5,035 nt of DNA from Candidatus Diapherotrites archaeon CG08_land_8_20_14_0_20_30_16. Its GTDB lineage: Archaea; Iainarchaeota; Iainarchaeia; Iainarchaeales; 0-14-0-20-30-16. Shown here piece after piece: positions 1-5,035 of this stretch. Numbering within the stretch: the first letter of the stretch is position 1; each line of letters begins with the position of its first letter. The notes beneath the pieces were generated by a model. That model saw only the letters and a program-made list of their open reading frames with translations, had not been told where the DNA came from and made no database searches. The position numbers and the translations under genes are program-made. The DNA is taken from NCBI GenBank assembly GCA_002779075.1, contig PEXK01000006.1, forward strand, positions 1-5,035, written 5' to 3'.

Positions 1-1
1 T

Positions 2-475
2 AATAACCAAAAGAAAGTGTACATAGTTCCTGCAGATTATTACTTCCCAAAAGAAGCTGATGAGCTATTGAAAAAACAGTTCTTCTACAATCTGCCAATA
101 GACCCATCAGCAAAACCATCAGAATATAAAGGAGAATATGGATTGTGTATTTCTGAAAGAATATTTAAATTCAAAGATGGTTTATCAATAAGTACAAATG
201 AGTGTAATGCTTCAACTGTGTTTGCAAAAGCAAAAGTGTCTGAGACACACAATGTATCTTTAGTATTTAAAGATATCAAAGATATAGCAAATGAATTTAC
301 TTTGGAAGTCCCAGCATGTAATACTAGTAGTTGTCCAATTGAAAAAATTGACAAAACAAAGATTAGCACAACAAAAGGAGTATATTATTTAACAAATATA
401 TTTAATGCACCAGAGAAATATTGTTACAGTGAAAGCTCAAACAATATTGAAATAAAATACTTTGGAGGTCAGTAA
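2..475 (+). CDS. 3' end of a longer CDS that most likely starts upstream of the window (5'-partial). It is a Cys-containing, probably secreted or surface protein C-terminal fragment with no family I recognise.
   Basis: Frame 2 is open from base 2 (aat aac caa aag aaa gtg...) to TAA at 473-475. There is no in-frame ATG anywhere in the 158 codons. The track's start at 17 is a GTG with no convincing RBS (ccaaaagaaa upstream). Codons are A/T-ending and purine-first (gaa, gat, aaa, gtt), like the downstream gene. The fragment has five Cys, including C-x18-C (146-148 and 203-205) and C-x4-C (317-319 and 332-334), and no hydrophobic N-terminus. Confidence 0.7.
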   Translation, partial: NNQKKVYIVPADYYFPKEADELLKKQFFYNLPIDPSAKPSEYKGEYGLCISERIFKFKDGLSISTNECNASTVFAKAKVSETHNVSLVFKDIKDIANEFTLEVPACNTSSCPIEKIDKTKISTTKGVYYLTNIFNAPEKYCYSESSNNIEIKYFGGQ

Positions 476-550
476 CACTAGACAGTATAATTTGTGTGTT
501 AATATTTTATAATAATTATATGTTGAAATAAAAAAGGAAGAGGAATTTTT
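476..550 (+). promoter_or_regulatory. AT-rich intergenic spacer holding the candidate promoter for the giant gene.
   Basis: The spacer is 75 nt long, with stops in the gene frame at 473, 479, 488, 500 and 524. The TATA-like run TTTTATAATAATTATAT spans 505-521; its core TTTATAAT (506-513) matches the archaeal TTTAWATA consensus at 6/8 and lies ~40 nt before the ATG. An alternative bacterial reading is TAGACA (479-484), N18, TATTTT (503-508), or TATAAT at 486-491 and 508-513. I saw no stem-loop plus T-tract terminator. Such motifs arise by chance in DNA this AT-rich. Confidence 0.35.
536..544 (+). promoter_or_regulatory. Shine-Dalgarno-like ribosome binding site for the giant CDS.
   Basis: GGAAGAGGA lies at 536-544. 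Its GAGGA core (540-544) ends 6 nt before ATG 551. It is the only G-rich patch in the spacer. Confidence 0.6.
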
Positions 551-3500
551 ATGAGTTTTTTTCATGATTTGTATTATAAAATGGAAAACGGATATTATGC
601 TTTTCTAGACAAGCTGGATAAAGCAGGAATACATGTTTACAGAGTTGTTGATCCTATAGATAAAGTAGTTCCTTCATTTGTTTTGATTTTGATTATTTTG
701 GGGCTAATTGTTATTGGTCTAATTTTGTATTTTGCGTTTTTATCTGGATTAAATCCTGCAGGATTGCCGGTAACTGTTTATTTTTTAGATAAATCTGACA
801 AAGCAGTAAGTGGTGTGCAAGTAGATTACGCAATAAACGATGGCGAGGTTTTAAGTGGAAAAACTACTGCTCTCGGGACAATTAGTTTTGAAGCTGCAAA
901 AGGCGATATTGTTGATCTCACTATAACTGCGGGTAATGATGAAGAGAAAAAGCAAATTGTAATTGCAGATGATCTCAATTATACTATTAAATTATTGTTT
1001 TCACTTGCAAAAGATAGTGTGAAATTCAGTGTAAATACTATTGATGCATCGCCTCTAAAACCAGTTAATATTGATTTCTGGTGCTCAAATCCTAATGTTA
1101 CTCCTCCAGAGAGTATTTCAAATACAACAGAAACAAATTATGTTATTGATGTAGATCCAGAATGTGGAGAATTGAGTGTTGATGTCAAATCAAATGATTA
1201 TGAAGAATTTGTTGATGTATTAACTGATGATTATAGTATTAATTTGAAGCCTTTAACTTATGGTGGAAAAGGATCAGTTGTTTTAGCTGTTTATGATTTC
1301 AGTGGCCAGCCAGTTAATGATTATAGTGCTCTTTTATCGCAGAATGGGATACCAATTAATACACAAAGTTCTTATGGTACTAATATTGTTTCTTTTACAG
1401 GTTTGGCAAGTGCAACATATTCAATTAGTGTAACTAAAGCAACTTATTTCACAGGAACCATCCCAGTAACTGTAACTGATAAAACAGAAAGTATTACCTT
1501 AAAATTAGAGAGAGATTTGAATGGAATGACTGGCGATTTATTGATTTCTCTTTTAGATGTTTCAGGGAAAGCTGTTCCCGGTGCTAAAGTTACAGTTTAC
1601 AAACTGAAAGAAGGAAACCAAGGCGATGTTTTAGAGAGCAAAGATTCTGATTTAAATGGCAAGGTGAGCATAAGTGTGCCTGACCTGTCTTTGAAATATT
1701 GGGTTAATGTTACTAAAGCTGGTTTTAAAACAGCAAATAAAAAAGAAGTCAATCCCAAAGAGCCGTTATTAATTGTTATGCAAGTTCCAGGAACAGAAAG
1801 AACAATGAAAATAAGAGTTATTGATGCAGATAAAAACCCAGTTAATAATGTAAGAATTGCATTGTATGATGACAAAGATAATGTTTTTGATCCCTTGTTT
1901 GGAATTACTAATTTAGATGGCAATGCAGAAAAACAAGTAGAAGAAGGCAAGTATAAAGCATATGTTTACAAAGGACAATTCTCAGGGTTTGGAGAATTAT
2001 TTACCTTTGATATTTTGGTTGAACCAAAAGATGGTTTTGACAGCACAGTTACTTTAGGTCTGCCTAAAGCAGCATGGGAGCTGACTCTTAAGGATAAGTT
2101 TGGAATGCCTGTTCCAAATGCATTAATTGAATTGTATGATGCATACAATGATTTCCCAATTGATGTTGGTGCAAAGTTTGCCACTCCGCAAGGATTATTC
2201 AGTGTTGCTAATTTAAGAGCAGACAGAAAATATTTTTGTGTGATAAAAGCACCAAGCTTTGAAAATTATGTTACTCTTTCCAGATTCCTGGATCCAAATA
2301 CAACAACACAGGAAACATTAATTCTGGAAAAAGAAAAATTAGACAAAAACCCTAAAATAGAATTTTTAGGTTTAGAAGATTCTGAAGGAAAGCATGCAAT
2401 TAAATTGGCACCAAATAATTTGTATAAGGCAAAATTCAAAATTAGTTTGCCAAAAGGCACAGATTATACAAAAGTATATGCAAACTTCTTAGCTGGTGAC
2501 AAAGATATTGTTGAAAAAGAAATGTTTTATATTGATAAAGTGAATTTGAGTGCAAATGCAACATTAGTTAAGGGGCGATCTTATTTAGCTGGTGATTTTG
2601 ATAAAAGCATTGGCGTTCCACAAACTCTTTTGGAGACAAGAGGATTTGAAAATGAAGTGTTGCAGGGTATGCCATTTGAAGACCAGACTAAATGGGTTCA
2701 ATTAGGCTGGAACCTCACACAAATAAAGAGTGATGAAGTGTCATCATTGACAAGTGGCCAATTATTTGTTGATGTTTATTTGCAAATCAAAGCAGGAACT
2801 TTGGATGATACATCTTTGCAGTTCTTTTATAATTTGTATGCAATAGGCACTCCACAAAAAGAAAGTGAAAAAGAGTTTACCTATCCTTTAGATTCAAAAG
2901 CAGAGAAGAACCAATCAAGTCTTTTCAATTCCAAGAACTGGCAATTTTTTAGTGTTGGCGAAGGACAGCAAACCTGTGATGATAAATTCTGCTTTGAATT
3001 AACTGTTTTAGATTTAGATGAGCAGTTAAAAACATCAGTAAGCGGTGACACGCCATATATTGCAACTTTAGGCAAAACATATAAAATGCAATTTAATTTG
3101 ATGAATAATAATTTAGTTCCATTAACTCATTACAGATTAATATTAGAAAATCCGCAACAGAATATGCATCTGGTTAAAGGGAAAATATATTCTGCATTAA
3201 ACAGCGAGACAAACCTGCCTGTTGCTGACAAAAATTTTGATGATTTTTTCAAATATGTGTTTAGAGCAGAAGAAGGGGATCAGGTATTGAGCCAGAATAT
3301 GGTTTTGAAAGGAGATTTAGATTTCTTGCCCCTTGTTGAAGGCACAGGCTCTTTCAAAATAACTGTTATTGAAGACAAAACACCAATTTATAATAAAGAA
3401 TTTTTTGTGAGTGTTGTTGCAAATAAAGACCTCAATGTTGAATTGGAGCCAAATGTAATTCCATCATATGTTGATACAAGAATAAAATTTACAGTTACTG

Positions 3501-5035
3501 ATGCACAAACAGGTGCATTTTTGAAAGATGCTAAAGTAATGATTGTTGATGTTTATAAAACTGTTTTAGCAGAAAATATTACTAATAAGTTTGGTGTGTC
3601 AGATATTAATCTAGCTGCACAATTACCAAATATAGATTTAAAGTTAAAAGTATACAAAGAAAATTATAAAGCATACGAAAAGAATTTGAAAACAAATGCA
3701 AAATTTATTTTAATTGAACCAGAAGAATTGAAAGTAAGTGCAATAGTTTCAGATGGTTATGGTCTCGGCAAATTAGCCCTTAAAAATATCTCAGAATTAC
3801 CAGTTAAAATATCTGAAATTTATTTAGAAGGCAATTTTGATGAGTATGTAAACATACAACAAACTAATGAATATTTAACTAAAACAGCACTTAATAAAAC
3901 AATAGATAAAGAACATGAATTTTCTCTGCCAGTAAATGTAAGTTTGACAACAATTGCTGAGTTTTTGAAAGAGAATAGAGAGTATCCTGCGGAATTAACA
4001 ATTAGAGTAATACCAGAATCAGAATTTAAAATAGTAACAAAACCATGGGAATACAAAGTGCCTGTTACTCTGCAAATAATGCTGGGCAAAGGTTTGGACA
4101 GTTTAGACTGTTTGGGTATTGATGTCAAGAAATCAGAGTTGGTTTCAACTGGCGGAAAAAATGATCAGGACAGTATTAATATTGTAAACGGATGCACAGT
4201 AAATAACAAGCCTGTTAAGTTGGTTAATTTAGAAGCAAAGGTTAATTGGAAAGGCAATGCTTTGGGTTCTTTTACATTTAACAGAAATGAGCAGGTATCA
4301 AGATTGCAAAGTGCATATTATGTTACTTTGAACAATAAAATGACTGAGCACGAAAAAGATATGTTTGTTGTAGATTTCTCACCTGTAAATGGAAGAATAG
4401 CAGGCACAGGTAGTGCTGAGATTCTAATTAGAGGCGGATATTTTACTGATTCAGGAATACAATTTGTTGAGAAGAAAGTAGATTATAGTGTAAGTGTTGT
4501 TAATATGTTAGCCTGCATAAGTTATGTTTTCCCAAATAATGAAGTTGATTTAATTTCTGTACCACGCGACCAGAAAGGTAATTTCACAATAAAGAATGAA
4601 TGTGATACAGTAATAGATCTTAAATTAGGTGTTTTGCCTGATCAATATTTAGATGTGCGACCTGTTGAGTTGAGTATACCTGGAAAAACAGAGAAGCAGG
4701 TAGTAATTGATCCAAAAGCATCACCTATAGGAGTATATTTGTTAGAGGTCAGGGGCAAGGTGCCTAAGCAGCACTTTGAAGGTGTTAAAGTAGGTAATGA
4801 GGCTCTTCGTATATTTATTAGCCCTTTGTCAGATGATTGTCTGGTTTTAGATAATTATGAATTCAATTTAATGGGTACTGAAGGAAAAGCAACTGAGCGT
4901 TACACATATTTAATTAATAGATGTTATTACAAAGATTTGAAAGCAGTATACAAATTAGATGTTATTGCCGGGGGTTTTGGCAACTCAACATGCAGTTCTG
5001 AGAACTGGTCTGGTTTAATGGGAACAATGATCCCA
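551..5035 (+). CDS. Giant membrane-anchored multi-domain surface (adhesin- or S-layer-like) protein, 3'-partial. At least 1495 aa lie in the window and the frame continues beyond the edge.
   Basis: My hand translation from ATG 551 gives 1495 sense codons (4485 nt, exactly in frame with base 5035) and no TAA, TAG or TGA. In the same interval the longest ORF listed for the opposite strand is 117 aa. The start is supported by the SD-like motif. The protein begins MSFFHDLYYKMENGYYAFLDKLDKAGIHVYRVVDPIDKVVPSFVLILIILGLIVIGLILYFAFL and ends at the window edge with ...GGFGNSTCSSENWSGLMGTMIP. Trp is encoded by TGG (9 times), so the standard code suffices. Confidence 0.93.
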   Translation, partial: MSFFHDLYYKMENGYYAFLDKLDKAGIHVYRVVDPIDKVVPSFVLILIILGLIVIGLILYFAFLSGLNPAGLPVTVYFLDKSDKAVSGVQVDYAINDGEVLSGKTTALGTISFEAAKGDIVDLTITAGNDEEKKQIVIADDLNYTIKLLFSLAKDSVKFSVNTIDASPLKPVNIDFWCSNPNVTPPESISNTTETNYVIDVDPECGELSVDVKSNDYEEFVDVLTDDYSINLKPLTYGGKGSVVLAVYDFSGQPVNDYSALLSQNGIPINTQSSYGTNIVSFTGLASATYSISVTKATYFTGTIPVTVTDKTESITLKLERDLNGMTGDLLISLLDVSGKAVPGAKVTVYKLKEGNQGDVLESKDSDLNGKVSISVPDLSLKYWVNVTKAGFKTANKKEVNPKEPLLIVMQVPGTERTMKIRVIDADKNPVNNVRIALYDDKDNVFDPLFGITNLDGNAEKQVEEGKYKAYVYKGQFSGFGELFTFDILVEPKDGFDSTVTLGLPKAAWELTLKDKFGMPVPNALIELYDAYNDFPIDVGAKFATPQGLFSVANLRADRKYFCVIKAPSFENYVTLSRFLDPNTTTQETLILEKEKLDKNPKIEFLGLEDSEGKHAIKLAPNNLYKAKFKISLPKGTDYTKVYANFLAGDKDIVEKEMFYIDKVNLSANATLVKGRSYLAGDFDKSIGVPQTLLETRGFENEVLQGMPFEDQTKWVQLGWNLTQIKSDEVSSLTSGQLFVDVYLQIKAGTLDDTSLQFFYNLYAIGTPQKESEKEFTYPLDSKAEKNQSSLFNSKNWQFFSVGEGQQTCDDKFCFELTVLDLDEQLKTSVSGDTPYIATLGKTYKMQFNLMNNNLVPLTHYRLILENPQQNMHLVKGKIYSALNSETNLPVADKNFDDFFKYVFRAEEGDQVLSQNMVLKGDLDFLPLVEGTGSFKITVIEDKTPIYNKEFFVSVVANKDLNVELEPNVIPSYVDTRIKFTVTDAQTGAFLKDAKVMIVDVYKTVLAENITNKFGVSDINLAAQLPNIDLKLKVYKENYKAYEKNLKTNAKFILIEPEELKVSAIVSDGYGLGKLALKNISELPVKISEIYLEGNFDEYVNIQQTNEYLTKTALNKTIDKEHEFSLPVNVSLTTIAEFLKENREYPAELTIRVIPESEFKIVTKPWEYKVPVTLQIMLGKGLDSLDCLGIDVKKSELVSTGGKNDQDSINIVNGCTVNNKPVKLVNLEAKVNWKGNALGSFTFNRNEQVSRLQSAYYVTLNNKMTEHEKDMFVVDFSPVNGRIAGTGSAEILIRGGYFTDSGIQFVEKKVDYSVSVVNMLACISYVFPNNEVDLISVPRDQKGNFTIKNECDTVIDLKLGVLPDQYLDVRPVELSIPGKTEKQVVIDPKASPIGVYLLEVRGKVPKQHFEGVKVGNEALRIFISPLSDDCLVLDNYEFNLMGTEGKATERYTYLINRCYYKDLKAVYKLDVIAGGFGNSTCSSENWSGLMGTMIP
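677..742 (+). other. Single predicted transmembrane helix (signal-anchor) of the giant protein, residues ~43-64.
   Basis: FVLILIILGLIVIGLILYFAFL is 22 consecutive uncharged, mostly aliphatic residues. It follows a 42-aa mixed-charge segment, which is too long for a classical signal-peptide n-region. It is followed by SGLNPAGLP and then beta-rich domains. Confidence 0.8.
767..2299 (+). other. Region encoding five divergent carboxypeptidase-regulatory-like (CarboxypepD_reg / transthyretin-like beta-sandwich) repeats, with one Cys-pair module inserted after the first. Boundaries are approximate.
   Basis: Approximate repeats are R1 767-988, R2 1265-1510, R3 1529-1765, R4 1802-2026 and R5 2069-2299. 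They share a pattern of h-x-h-x-h-x-D-x-x-G/x-x-P-h-x-x-A-x-h-x-h, then T/N-x-x-G-x-h-x-h, then Y-x-h-x-h-x-K-x-G/x-F/Y. Examples are LLISLLDVSGKAVPGAKVTVYKL...DLNGKVSISVP...YWVNVTKAGFKT, MKIRVIDADKNPVNNVRIALYD...NLDGNAEKQVEEGKYKAYVYKGQF and WELTLKDKFGMPVPNALIELYD...TPQGLFSVANLRADRKYFCVIKAPSFE. The family assignment comes from pattern recognition, not a search. Confidence 0.6.
3473..3706 (+). other. Sixth, isolated carboxypeptidase-regulatory-like repeat.
   Basis: RIKFTVTDAQTGAFLKDAKVMIVDVYKTVLAENITNKFGVSDINLAAQLPNIDLKLKVYKENYKAYEKNL follows the same h-x-h-x-h-x-D...A-x-V-x-h...G-x-h-x-h...h-x-h-x-K-x-x-Y pattern as R1-R5. Confidence 0.5.
3716..5035 (+). other. Series of ~108-135 aa Ig-like beta-sandwich modules (CARDB / PapD / ASH-like by pattern). 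The last three open with a conserved Cys pair and the last is cut by the window edge.
   Basis: Approximate modules are M1 3716-4078, M2 4103-4507, M3 4508-4831 and M4 4832-5035+. There is a recurrent early-strand motif h-x-h-x-N-x-[S/C]: LALKNIS, INIVNGC, FTIKNEC, YLINRC. Cys pairs are at codons 4109/4193, 4514/4601 and 4838/4922. Later in the modules come stretches such as RPVELSIPGKTEKQVVIDPKASPIGVYLLEVRG, which are typical of Ig-like folds. Confidence 0.45.

Noticed and set aside
17-19. GTG at 17 as the true start of a stand-alone 152-aa protein, as drawn in the track.
   Set aside because: The frame stays open upstream to base 2, there is no SD-like motif before 17, the ORF has no in-frame ATG, and the product would have no N-terminal signal despite a secreted-looking Cys pattern. 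The TAATAA at 1-6 is in a different frame and is common by chance in AT-rich DNA. I cannot fully exclude the GTG start without upstream sequence.
85-369. A 94-aa minus-strand ORF from the track.
   Set aside because: It lies entirely antisense to the better-supported + strand frame (2..475). Its translation is Ser/Leu/Phe-rich, as expected from the reverse complement of Lys/Glu/Asn-rich coding DNA, and I saw no RBS. It is a shadow ORF.
512-519. The perfect 8-bp palindrome ATAATTAT in the spacer, as a possible operator.
   Set aside because: It consists only of A and T in a very AT-rich spacer and does not extend, since the flanking bases are not complementary. It is expected by chance and overlaps the TATA-like run.
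473-553. The two + strand ORFs are in the same frame, which raised the idea of one gene split by a mutation, or of stop-codon readthrough or recoding.
   Set aside because: The spacer has five in-frame stops of all three types (TAA 473, TAG 479, TAA 488, TAA 500, TGA 524). The downstream ORF has its own SD-like motif, ATG and N-terminal membrane-anchor architecture.
581-583. An alternative start at the second in-frame ATG (Met11).
   Set aside because: There is no purine-rich RBS in the 15 nt before it, whereas ATG 551 has GGAAGAGGA at ideal spacing. It would remove only 10 residues, so it barely changes the call.
2447-2461. LPKGT, which superficially resembles a sortase LPXTG sorting signal.
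   Set aside because: The residue order is wrong (G-T, not T-G). It sits in the middle of the protein, with no following hydrophobic segment or positively charged tail.
2957-2977. GEGQQTC, checked as a possible alpha-2-macroglobulin-type thioester site given the multi-beta-sandwich architecture.
   Set aside because: The thioester motif is C-G-E-Q in that order. Here the Cys follows the Gln, and it pairs naturally with the Cys five residues later (C-x4-C).
1597-4128. Five minus-strand ORFs from the track (1597-1950, 1966-2184, 2266-2460, 2881-3075, 3820-4128), 64-117 aa each.
   Set aside because: All are embedded antisense within the 1495-codon + strand ORF. They are short, low-complexity (Ser/Leu/Phe/Asn-rich) and have no start context. 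This is what chance antisense frames of a long AT-rich gene look like.
551-5035. Many N-x-S/T sequons (about 16 by my count), as evidence of heavy N-glycosylation typical of archaeal S-layer proteins.
   Set aside because: The protein is rich in Asn, Ser and Thr, so this count is about what composition alone predicts. It is not informative without experimental data.
1-5035. A scan for tRNA or rRNA genes, CRISPR repeat-spacer periodicity, inverted terminal repeats or IS ends, and nucleotide-level tandem repeats.
   Set aside because: I found none by eye. The protein repeats are too divergent to show DNA-level repetition, and nearly the whole window is taken up by the two + strand coding frames. 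A computational repeat or ncRNA scan (for example tRNAscan-SE, Infernal or a self dot-plot) would be needed for a definitive negative.

Overview
The window is AT-rich (roughly one-third G+C by eye) and almost entirely coding on the + strand. The main feature is missing from the supplied ORF track. It is an uninterrupted reading frame that starts at ATG 551, behind a good Shine-Dalgarno-like GGAAGAGGA, and runs 1495 codons to the last base of the window (5035) without a stop. It is probably absent from the track because it has no stop codon inside the window. I translated it by hand. It encodes a giant, probably cell-surface protein: a ~42-aa N-terminal segment, one strongly hydrophobic transmembrane helix, then a long chain of beta-sandwich-type modules. 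These include six divergent carboxypeptidase-regulatory-like repeats, a ~380-aa central region I cannot assign to a family, and a C-terminal series of Ig-like modules, three of which open with a Cys pair 27-28 residues apart. Upstream, 2..475 is open to the window edge in the same frame and contains no in-frame ATG. It is best read as the 3' end of another, longer Cys-containing protein gene rather than a 152-aa GTG-started gene. A 75-nt AT-rich spacer with five in-frame stops separates the two genes and carries TATA-like and -10-like elements. All six minus-strand ORFs in the track lie antisense to these genes and look like shadow ORFs. I saw no RNA genes, CRISPR arrays, mobile elements or nucleotide-level repeats. 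The architecture fits the giant surface or adhesin proteins of small-genome, low-GC prokaryotes (DPANN-type archaea, CPR bacteria, gut methanogens). That lineage and any function are inference only.
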